Assembly (NCBI GenBank): GCA_964187785.1
Contig: OZ076409.1
Location: forward strand, 71,302,001-71,366,000
Reading direction: 5' to 3'
Origin: Amphiscolops sp. MND2022
Lineage: Eukaryota
DNA: 64,000 nucleotides
Shown here: piece by piece, positions 37,201 through 46,209 of the stretch
How positions within the stretch are numbered: the first letter of the stretch is position 1
Layout: every line of letters begins with the position of its first letter
The notes under the pieces: model-generated
What the model was told of the DNA's origin: nothing
Database searches by the model: none
The model's input: only the letters and a program-made list of their open reading frames with translations
Program-made: the position numbers and the translations under genes

Positions 37201-38452
37201 AATCATTTTAGATACGTTCGCGCAACAGTGTAGTTTTGTATCACATGATAAATGTCCAATTGATGCAGTAAGAATTTTCGGAACCAGAGCAGCTGAGCGC
37301 AAAGCAGTCGCTCAACAAATCAGTGGACTGCGGTCTTCGGGTATTTTTGTATCAGAAATCATGAGTTCCGATGAGGTGAAAATAAATTCCAGTAGTAATT
37401 GGAAAGAAATATCTAGTGTTCACGTTACGGTGTTGTCAAAATTGTGTTTGGAGCCCCGGATACTTTATTGCTACGAAAATGCCCTTTTCAGATTCACAAT
37501 GAATATGCCTTCTTTGCATGTTTCACAAGGACAATTGTGCGCTTTTTTAAACTTTTTGGGTTCTTTCACTATAGAATTTATGGCTGCACCACCAGGTGTT
37601 CGATGTTTACCACCAAAAGATACTTTCGGCAACTTTTTGTTTGAGGAAAACGGTTGGTTTAGGGTCATTGTTCATAAACAGGCAGGATTCGTACATAGTT
37701 GTCGAGGTTCATCTGTTCGTCGTGTGCAGTTTCCTCTCAAAAACTTCCTTGCAATGACCATTCATAAAGCTATGGGAGAAACAATTGGCAAGATCGTCAC
37801 CAAAATTGATTGTGTTGAACGAGAATATAACTTATGGGAAAAGGAACAACTTTATGTTTTGGCTAGTCGGGTGCAACGTCTAAGTGATTTGACCTTCATT
37901 GGTGAAAAGCAAAACACACTTGATGCAATAAAGTGTCTTCTCAACAAAAAAAATCAGTGGGATAAATACACAGAACAACTTGTGAATACAGCTTCTAATC
38001 AAACACCAGCTGTTTTTGATATTGCCAAATTTTCTCCATTTAGACCACAAAAAATGGAAATACCAAACGAAGCAGTAGGATTCGTCTACCTTTTAGTAAG
38101 CATAAAAGATGTGACATCTTTTTATGTAGGTGAAACTAGTGAATTACGTAGACGGCTCCTGGAGCATAACTCAGGACAAAGTTCTTTTTTCACCTTTCAA
38201 CCGCATCTTCGCCCTTGGGGTTTGCTAGCTTTCGCTACGGGTTTCAGCGACATTGCTGAAGAAAACAAAACCCAACGACAAACTTTAGAAAAAAAAATCC
38301 AGGATGAGATCTTTAAAAAATTTCATGCTTTCAACAGATCCGGATCACCAAATGAAGTGCTCGACGTTTTCCTTGAATGCATTCAACAGGCTAAGTATGA
38401 AAACAACTGTCTACGAGCTGTCATTACTGGATCAATTTTACACTCATGTTAA
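34277..38452 (+). CDS. HUH Rep + Pif1-family SF1B helicase + C-terminal GIY-YIG-like nuclease (Helitron-like transposase, C-terminal half)
   Basis: Rep motifs PTFFLTFTLN, EFQTSKGNAPHLH (HUH), YLAKY; helicase GMPGSGKT, FEEIGM, FGGVLVFATGDPKQLPP, RVQFPL..AMTIHK, QLYVLASR; GIY-YIG-like GFVYLL..FYVGET..RRRLLEHN..RPW. Confidence 0.9.
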   Translation: MQFYFDCYFNFQSLRRDSRLVLNRGLQEFTKSDSECNNHAKFRMNEVDSRKIVNELAAAIRLEEPTFFLTFTLNMSRMFGVAPLFQLIEKNCKGLSTEQQHILKESFMPLYMRLWERAVVFFIEYLEKSTEKPLGTVTNIFPRFEFQTSKGNAPHLHVIVWTAESKNDPVILNKVLGSFRQLLHQLNVELFDSSNKNVMSQEDVDGLLTLAKSLLSHNCEKASYRCHKKCDNSGKMVCRFHIFEPCSETFFKSVERPHTPEVWSILHHLGLARPHDKVDGAFHIDEVLQGGKFNYAADYGETFSPVNGKLFSLLQCSMNCLLCDRVMSASYLAKYAAGIEEHATVSISGKSDTTVSICVKSLKNLKIAGAELAAKSEKTKVSTKNCRVLSTTECVWSMLDLRYVFPTYECVHVNTLPLENRGGFLKRKSHAPVADTAAEEDQALHFAKMRISLQSDSRRYFTINQIRTVKEFVKSGLTIDKVSLFAMRPPELLFVNNIEFYYRHFTFVKLDKKSTTSMYSNSLHDSCWIDAIGNIVKLRSQSIPSFQQFLFQSKQSPSSSYSFFSTFYENSFSTTFNINHLVDFSAEKQKPAVVVFPNVIPKHVPNFLISFLLQFGRYETEFDLFQTENIATAYARAGLIKDAASVNDIDINELLKLFILQRVMFIPGSHVSQDRQIVDAKNAFCFLNESQELIETPTIVYNALQQECSEELNRSVTSKITNVTKQIHSLITDSQKPTIDSLIDCQADFPLNYNPLHSNALHFNAEQTFVLQNLIHIIDSFVNSAASFFKYQFVVGMPGSGKTFVTIHSLFYALCKGLNVMVTSLSSERAMQFSGMHIHDLFGLPVSQSLIVDEIVEKALQKLDFDFVKLTLLKRLDVLHFEEIGMVSSEEFASIDLILQKVRENYQPFGGVLVFATGDPKQLPPPQGRLIWTSPIVITIVQMYALKQCVRMVENVGRQFLEMLSSSDIDEAECKIILDTFAQQCSFVSHDKCPIDAVRIFGTRAAERKAVAQQISGLRSSGIFVSEIMSSDEVKINSSSNWKEISSVHVTVLSKLCLEPRILYCYENALFRFTMNMPSLHVSQGQLCAFLNFLGSFTIEFMAAPPGVRCLPPKDTFGNFLFEENGWFRVIVHKQAGFVHSCRGSSVRRVQFPLKNFLAMTIHKAMGETIGKIVTKIDCVEREYNLWEKEQLYVLASRVQRLSDLTFIGEKQNTLDAIKCLLNKKNQWDKYTEQLVNTASNQTPAVFDIAKFSPFRPQKMEIPNEAVGFVYLLVSIKDVTSFYVGETSELRRRLLEHNSGQSSFFTFQPHLRPWGLLAFATGFSDIAEENKTQRQTLEKKIQDEIFKKFHAFNRSGSPNEVLDVFLECIQQAKYENNCLRAVITGSILHSC

Positions 38453-38587
38453 TTGTCTCATTCTATTCGAACACACTTTCGTTTTCGCTAAGAGCTTGAA
38501 AAATCTGTTTCGCAAGGGTGTTTTCAATCAAAAGCAGTTACTATTTTTTTTAAAAGAAGCTTGAAATGTTGCTCACCTCATAGTAAT

Positions 38588-38667
38588 GCTCTACTCATAC
38601 TATAGTGGGCATTGCGCTACTGAGGTCATTGGGGGTTTTGCTCTACTCATATTATAGTGGGCATTGC
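38588..38667 (+). repeat. Two ~28-bp direct repeats downstream of RepHel 1
   Basis: GCTCTACTCATA(C/T)TATAGTGGGCATTGC at ~38588 and ~38640. Confidence 0.8.
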
Positions 38668-38856
38668 TCTTCTCTGGTGGGTCGCACATTGGGTAGCATT
38701 TCAAAGTAAATAGTTTAAAACTACACTGCACTGTTTCAAAAATATGTATTTGATCATGGTCCTTTTAGTTGACAGTCGTTTTCTTGTCATAACTAACTGT
38801 TTCAGTCGCTTTCACTTTTTTATCTAATAATTTCATGATGTATAAGGATCCTTTAA

Positions 38857-38906
38857 CCCGCACGCAGGCTGTTAAGGCTGCGTGCGGGGTTCCTTTTGGA
38901 CGCTAG
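38857..38906 (+). other. GC-rich hairpin followed by CTAG (Helitron 3'-end-like signal)
   Basis: Stem CCCGCACGCAG/CTGCGTGCGGG (38857-38888), CTAG at 38903-38906. Confidence 0.55.
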
Positions 38907-39314
38907 CTTGCCTAACCTTCTGGAGCCGAGACAACTTCAATTGAGTATCAGAACAAAACATTTATCAGGCACAATGGAATAACCACTGTTTCATATTTTG
39001 TTCATTTGCTTATACTCTTTTGACGATTGTTCACTTTTATCGATAAACATTCAGTTTGTTTGTATTATACAACTGCATTTGGGTAGCTTGGCATCGAACT
39101 TTTATGTAATAAAGCATTTAAAAAGTTCATATTAGCAGAACTTTTTCCCAAACTTTCAGCGACGTGCCCCGGGATAAATTTAAAATAGCTTGCTTGAGAG
39201 TTGTTAACTTCGCTGTTTTGTGTTTGGAATTGTCCTAACAAAAATTTCGAAAGGTCATGCATCATTATCCTTACTTTTGTAAAACACAACAATTGGTATT
39301 CGTATATCATTTAA

Positions 39315-40550
39315 ATGGTTGAAAGTTCCAATAAAAATCCCGAAAAACGTCAGTTTCTTAGCAAGTTGTTTGCAAGTACTTTTGTAGTTTATAAAACACT
39401 TGTTGACAGGTCGAGGTTTCACCACATTTGTTTCCTTTTTTCAGTTGTTGTTTTGTCACCGACATTCTTCATTGCAAACATGAATTCAGGTTTTGCTAGC
39501 TCACTGACCCCTGCGGCAGCTCACGTGTTGTCCTTAGAATATGAAGAAATTTCCTTTGTCAACTTCATTGCTGGCGATGATACAGAGGACAGAAAATTGT
39601 ATTTGGTTTATATTCATGGGAAACGATCCACAGAACCGATAAAATATAAAATGCCAAGTGGTTCGAAATCTAACATTGCTTACAAGCAAAGACTCTTACC
39701 ATTAACATATGACCGGTTTTTCCTATTTGGTGACCCCGCTTCCAACAGAGTCTTGGCTCTTTTCTCATCAAATGAGAAAGAGAGCAGAATATTGACCCGG
39801 TACCACAATTTGATAAAACCCGGTCAGGTTGTCGTCATTATTGAGCCCAGAATAACAGGTACCATGGTTGACTCACAAAATGTTCTAATAACTACAAGCA
39901 ATCCAATTCTCGCAGTCCCAGAAACTGAATGCACATTAACCTTCAATGAGATGCCGCCCTATGACATCGAAAGTGAAACTGACATAAAGTTTTTCCACTT
40001 CATAACAAAAGACCTCAGATTGAAGTTCGTCACGCCGACAACGGATTTATGCTCAGGCTCTTTTTGCGACGGTCAAGCGGCTAAAGAGACAATGTGTGCT
40101 TGCATCGAAAAAACAGGTGTGAAAGAGTGGGGAATAAGAGCTCTTGTGGAATGCACGGAGTTATCTCTGGAGCGAACTTCTCACCAAAAATCCTCGTTTC
40201 TTTCCGTAGCTTTCGCGAAATTGGCAACGGTTGGTCATAGAAACCTCCGCCCGCAGGACGGAATGGCTTTTAATTGGATGACTTTCAAACGAAATATCCG
40301 GGAGTTCATCGAGGCAATCAATAACCCGAATGGGGTACTTCCTGACGCCCAAATGACGCAATTACAGCGAGGATTCAAGGTAATTGGTTGGTTCAAGCCT
40401 TCCAAAATCGATTCAGAGAGCTTTGTGGAAGTTCACGAATTCCACATAATATCGATTACAACGGTCAGTAAGTCGGATGAATTACCTCAGCAAATATTGG
40501 CTTTGCGTTTCCCAAGGCCGCCTGTATGTGATTCTGACGAAAATGAATAG
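39315..40550 (+). CDS. Uncharacterised 411-aa cargo protein (possible OB-fold-like region plus Cys cluster)
   Basis: Long uninterrupted ORF in AT-rich DNA; CSGSFCDG...CAC cluster; start may be M56 (~39480). Confidence 0.65.
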   Translation: MVESSNKNPEKRQFLSKLFASTFVVYKTLVDRSRFHHICFLFSVVVLSPTFFIANMNSGFASSLTPAAAHVLSLEYEEISFVNFIAGDDTEDRKLYLVYIHGKRSTEPIKYKMPSGSKSNIAYKQRLLPLTYDRFFLFGDPASNRVLALFSSNEKESRILTRYHNLIKPGQVVVIIEPRITGTMVDSQNVLITTSNPILAVPETECTLTFNEMPPYDIESETDIKFFHFITKDLRLKFVTPTTDLCSGSFCDGQAAKETMCACIEKTGVKEWGIRALVECTELSLERTSHQKSSFLSVAFAKLATVGHRNLRPQDGMAFNWMTFKRNIREFIEAINNPNGVLPDAQMTQLQRGFKVIGWFKPSKIDSESFVEVHEFHIISITTVSKSDELPQQILALRFPRPPVCDSDENE

Positions 40551-42139
40551 TGGCTCTTGGAGTCTACTAACTCAAGAGGTGCACGTTCAAGTGCAGGTAA
40601 CTGTAAATGCATATTTAGAAGTGATGCAAGAATTTACATTAGTGTTCGTTTCTATGTTGTTGCTAATTCCTATACTCTGACTTTGTTTGGTGATGTAAGT
40701 CACAGTTGAATATGAATGTTGTTTTAATTGTAGTTGTGTGGGAATGTTCTTAATTGAGCAATAGAGTCCTCTTGAACAGACATAATGAGTAAAGAGCGCA
40801 GTAAAATGTTTTGCAAAAAACTGTTACCCTTGGAAACTCTGCTTTGTTGTTGTTCTCCTGCATCCAATTTTTATGTGTTGCTGCTCAAAGATTTTATGGT
40901 GAAAACTATGTATGCGTTGTTCAATCTCAATATATATTCTGTTACAAGAGGTTTGTTGCCGATGATTCTGTTAAAATTATTAATGCAAACAATTGATGGC
41001 GGATTATCGAAAACGTCACATATGATGAAAACAAAAACTATATTAGCTTGTTTCAATTAAACTAGCACTTTCGAATATTGTTTTTGAAATATTGAGTCAG
41101 AAAGAGCTCGGGTCGACAAAAAATTTGGGTAGATTTTCAATGGTACTAACATGATTTCATTCAAGAATCGACTACCATTCAATAATTCTTGTCTCGAAAT
41201 GTCCATCTCAAAATTAAAACGTACTATCCTTAAGATGAGATCATTTTAAGATCCGAAAAAGTTCTGTAAATGTAATTTGGTGGAACCGTGTTTTGCTTCT
41301 TCGGTAGTACTGTGTATACTTTGATTTTTCCCATTTCACGATACGATTGACGATTGTTGGCGTCTGACAGGCCTCTTAAAACAATGCTAAAATGGTGTCA
41401 TGTTTGATATCAGATTTTTGGTACCAATGATTTCAGTTAGACAACTTAGAACAATCGCGTCAGTCAAATCGATGGCCTGTGGTAGTAATGCAAACAATGT
41501 GTATTCAGAAAACTCAATAATCAAGGGTTGACCATTTTTTCGGTTTGGCTAGATACGCTTGTAAGCACCTCGTTTCTCGCTGTGATAGGTAGGTAAGAAG
41601 TTAGTTAAAGACTGTGACAGTTTTCATATTTCTGATTCAAAAACATCATTGATGATTTGGCCACAGAAACATGTTGGTCTGACACGATTTTCTCCACCAC
41701 GTTGTCGGAATACGTCGTGATACGTTGATGGTAATTGGGATGTTAACCAGACAAAGTTTTCTGTCTGTCCATTGTAAGGGTTTTCATAAAACACTTTTTT
41801 GGTCTATAGTTGAACATGTAGTGTCTACTGAAAGGACTCATAGAGCTTACCGATGACAATTGCGACGATTTTGGAGTATATTCTCATCGAGCAATCAATT
41901 ACCATTCAAGAAATGTACTTTAAATGTAGTGAACATTTTAACTTTTTACGTGAAGATGAAGTTCTCTCCTCGTCTGAATTTCTTCTCTTCCAAGGGTATA
42001 TTTGGTATATTTAATAGCGAAATAAAAATTCCTACCTTAGATGGTTCTCCTCTTCGTAAATTGCAAAGTATTAGGTCTAAAACTTCTGATGTCGGACTAG
42101 TGAAGTTTGTATTCGTCATCCTTCCATTGGAAAGAGAAT

Positions 42140-42890
42140 TATTATTCTATTTTCTTCTATCCTATTTTCTTCTCTTCTGTTCTGGTTCGTTCTGTTCAAC
42201 TCTCTTTTATTTTTCTATTCTATTCCTTGCTATTCTATTCTATTCTATTCTATTCTATTCTATTTTATTCTTTTCAATTCTATTCTATTCTATTCTATTC
42301 TATTCTATTCTATTCTATTCTGTTCAATTCTATTCTATTCTATTCTATTCTATTCTATTCTATTCTATTCTATTCTATTCTGTTCAATTGTGTTTTTTAT
42401 TCTATTTCACACTAATAAACTGTTTTCTTCTCTTGCATTATCTTTATATCTATTTTTTTTCTATTGGGTTGCTTTTTATTATTTTTGATTCTCTTCGAGT
42501 CTATTCTCTTCTATTTTATAATACTCTATTCTATTCTGTTCTATTCTTTTCTATTCTATTCTCTCCTTTTCTATCATTTTGTATGATATATTTCTTTCTC
42601 ACCATTATCTCTTTTTTTCCATTTCTTTCTATTCTACACTAGCCAATTAGGTTCTCTTCTCTTTTTCTCTGCTGTTTTCTCTCTTTTCTATTGCATTCTT
42701 CTCTAGTTCTCCTAACTATTTTCTCTCTTTTTATTTTTTTCTCTTCCACTATTCTATGCTGTTCTACTCTCTTCTTTTATATTCTACACATTTCTATTCT
42801 GTTCGCTCATCTTTTTTTTGTTCTATTTTTCTCTTCCATCATATAGTTCTCTTTTCTGTTTTATTCTAATTTATTATTTACAATTCTCTT
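42140..42890 (+). repeat. (TATTC)n microsatellite with degenerate pyrimidine-rich flanks
   Basis: Near-perfect TATTC array at ~42231-42380. Confidence 0.95.
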
Positions 42891-42894
42891 TTTT

Positions 42895-42968
42895 GGGGCC
42901 CAGATAGCGTGTGTCCTCGTCGCGGCCCTGGGTACTGGTGAAACAACACCAGTAGCAAGAGCGCTATC
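42895..42968 (+). ncRNA. Candidate HDV-like self-cleaving ribozyme
   Basis: P1 GGGGCC/GGCCCU with G1-U wobble, P2 GAUAGCGU/GCGCUAUC, P3 GUG/CGC, L3 UCCUCGU, P1.1 CC/GG, P4 UACUGGUG/CACCAGUA, C at 42956 in J4/2. Confidence 0.7.
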
Positions 42969-43551
42969 AAACACGTTTTTCGCCAAGGAGCCATGTTTCC
43001 GGAAAGTAATAAAACTGGTAGTTCAATCTTCTGAAGGGTAAAACGAAATGTAATTGGACTCTGATAAAGGTTTTAGACGACGCTGATTCCGAAAACACAA
43101 ACTGAAAATTGTCAGACATCAGGAACAAACAGTGCTACAGATGGGCGCTCGCCCAGAAATGGCGCTCTACAGAAACAAAAACTAAGGGCTCATATTCGAT
43201 AATTATGTTTTCGGGCTTTTTTAATTGGTTTTCTCGGCTAGTTCACACCCTAGCAACGTGATGAATCCAAGCAAGTATTTGAGACCCGACAAAAGTGCCA
43301 AATCCTATGTTTCTCTCGACTCAAATTGGCCTCCGAGCCCATTTTCAACTGTTAAATACTGTAAAATGGTAATCAATTGAATCAATGTCATCCAGACAAA
43401 AAATATTTGAAGTTAAAGGACGCAAAAGAGCGCAGTCTTCTTCAACATCAAAAACTCTTGCCAACGCCAACCGTCTGTGGGCATGCCGAGGCATGCCCTT
43501 CGACGACGTATGCCCTTTTTATTATCTACGCCCAATCGCGGTAGCTGCTAG

Positions 43552-44942
43552 GTGGTCGGGTATTTTTTTTACTCGTAGATGGCGTTTGCGAGGCTTTGGG
43601 GAGGGCCCCGTGCCGAGCCTGTACCGAAATTTACCACATACCAGAAGTGTCCGATTTAATCGAGATCTCAAAAACTAACCGTTAGAATTCTCTGAATTTT
43701 TGCATGTGGCCCCTAATCAATGAGTAATGAAAAAGTGTAGGAGTGACGGTTGCTGAAAAACTTGTCTTTGTTGCACTTTTTGCGCAATTTTTGTCGCACT
43801 GTTGCGTTTTTTATGTCATTTTCGACTTTTCAAGCAAAAAACTCATAGATGCTTTGTTCCTAGCGTATCAAGTGTGGAGCACGAAAAGTTGCAGCATCTT
43901 CCATTACGTATGCTGAGAAAATTTGGTTGCCCTCGGATTACCCCCCACAGAGATAGAGGGGTGCATCCGGGTATTTTTGACCCCTAAATTTGGGAAATTG
44001 CTAATTTTCGTAATAAAGCCGTAGATTTAGCGCGTGCACACCCTGCTGAAGATTTGTTAGGCATTTTGAGATAGATCCGATGACATGCGTTGAGTTCACC
44101 CCCATCACCCCCTTGACCGGAAATGAACGTTTTTGTGCACTTTCAGACCGGAAGTCTCCATTTTCCCCGGTAAGGAGGCATTGTACGAGCAACTAGCAGG
44201 ATATCAAAAGTGAAGTATAACCTGGGGTCAACTTAATGACCACGTGTTGTCCAGTCATGGGTTTCGCTATGACCGGAAATGGGCTTAAAACCCCCTTTTG
44301 GTAGTATTTTTATCAATTTTTCTTGTGTTTGGTCCACATTCAAGTTGCGTAAGTCAGTTGAACCAGTGAGAGCATAAAATATATATTCACTGCGTAGTCG
44401 TAACTGACACTGCCAGATACCGGAAGTAACCCCCTGTGACCGGAAGAGGTCAATTTTGACCGGAAATGGTCCAAAAAGTAGCGTAAATTCAGTTTTCAAT
44501 GCTTTTTAAAGTCAAGTTATTAGTATTTTTCGATTTGAATGCTTGTTTCCACGCAAAAAGCTAACATCGTTGCATGTTTTGCTGAAGATCGGAAAAGTGA
44601 TCACCATTATCACCCCCGATAGCCTTTCAAGTTGACCTTTGGTCAATCTTGAAGGCTATCTGTTCTGAAAACGAAAAATAGTGGAATTTTGTTTCCTCCT
44701 TTCTCTTGATATTTTTCCTTCAAGTCAATTTGTCAAAAGAAATACATTTGTTCAACTGAGTGATCTGAATCCTGTCCAGAGGTGTCACCCGGACGAATAC
44801 CATTTCAAGCTGAAGTACACAAATCAGGGTACTATTAGACATCACACACTCCTACCAACTCCCACCGTCTGTGGGCATGCCGAGGCATGCCCTTCGACGA
44901 CGTATGCCAAATAGCGCTACATGGCGCAAACTTGTCCGCTAG
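43552..44942 (+). mobile_element. Non-autonomous cassette 11 (type C)
   Basis: Junction-bounded; nearly identical to 9803-11189. Confidence 0.75.
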
Positions 44943-46209
44943 GTGGTCGGGAATTTTTTTTCTGCTCAATTCTTTGCCAACTGGGGGAGGGGCCCCTGGT
45001 GGCTGTTACCCGAAATACATACCTACCCAAATCGTCCGCTCCGGATACGATCTCAAAACTGAGCCACACAATTTTCCTGAAACTTTGCATGTGGGCCTAA
45101 AATGAGAATGTAAGAACAATGATATAGGCGTTATTCCTGAATTTTTTCAAAAAGTTGGTCAAAAACGCAAAAAATGGGTCAAAATTGACCTCTTTTTCAA
45201 CTTTTTTATTTTTGAGAGCCCATATCTCGGAACGAGGTGGCCGTAGCGGGCCGCATAAGGACTCCGTTTTTGCTGGGCACTTGATGAGGAGTGCGTGGAC
45301 AAATTTTCGTCCAAATCGAAGTAAAATTGACTGAGTAATGAGTGATTTTTTGGCGACCTTTTTTGCGAACCCTATTGTATCTCTGCCATTTTCCGCCAAA
45401 ATTTTCAAAAGTGGTTCTACAGGAGGCAACCCCTGCCCAATTTTCTGCAAAACAAAACCATTTGGCCCTAAATACGAGGTTTCAGCGTTCTAGCAATCCC
45501 CGGTGAAAAGTTATAGGACTTAGAAATTTGTCAGTGAAACGCAAAATTTGTAAATTCAACTTCCGGTGCCCAAAAGTCACAAAACTTTCACACAACTAGT
45601 ATTGCAAGTGAATGCATGTAGAAAGTACTGAAATAGACGAGAAAAATGAGCTATAGAACGACTCTCTACCTTAACCTGACGTTGACTTATGATGTTTTGA
45701 ATGTGAGCATCCTATCTGATTTTAATGTCAAAAATGAGATTTTGTAAGTCATGTCTCATCAAAAACTCATCGGAATACGTTCAATCATCCCCATAGCTGT
45801 TCAATTGCCGTGGCTTAGTACAGCAACGCCATTGAATGTCTTTGGACCCATTTTGAAAATTATCGATACCGTCTTATTCGTCCGATATCACGAAACAGTT
45901 GAGTACATTCCATCTCCCTCTTTGGGGGGAGATGAGAATGTACTCGCTAAAGAGCTGGTACAATGGCCCATATTTGTTTTTAACTGACGCTTCTCATGAT
46001 ATTTCACACGTACACCTCTATTTGGTAACACATTTTCCTTTGCACCATGTTTATATAAGCTAAACCACTTCTTTACCTTACTACTTCTACTCAAACATCA
46101 CCAACGTAAACGCCACATACTCGCATCAACGCCCACCGTCCGTAGGCATGCCGAGGCATGCCTTTCGACGACGTATACCTAGTGTACGCGTTAGCGCGGT
46201 AGCCGCTAG
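44943..46209 (+). mobile_element. Non-autonomous cassette 12 (type D, ~1.27 kb)
   Basis: Junction-bounded; shares the CACAACTAG.ATTGCAAGTG block and internal hairpin with types A/B. Confidence 0.75.

Larger units (their letters stand above)
20529..43551 (+). mobile_element. Giant (~23 kb) coding Helitron-like cassette 1: type B left arm (to ~22353), SGNH, Rep-helicase-GIY-YIG, ORF411, right junction
   Basis: Begins after CTAG 20525-20528 with a type B arm; next junction hairpin at 43479-43498 and CTAG 43548-43551; contains a RepHel gene. Treating it as a single element is an inference. Confidence 0.6.

Noticed and set aside
41100..41810. Possible decayed minus-strand coding region
   Set aside because: Several in-frame stops and no recognisable motif; cannot be supported without a homology search
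41860..42642. 260-aa hydrophobic ORF (YSILF repeats) and overlapping 102-aa ORF
   Set aside because: Translation of the (TATTC)n microsatellite
586..46209. Bacterial integron with attC sites
   Set aside because: No tyrosine recombinase, no attC R/L box pattern, cassettes non-coding; the resemblance is architectural only
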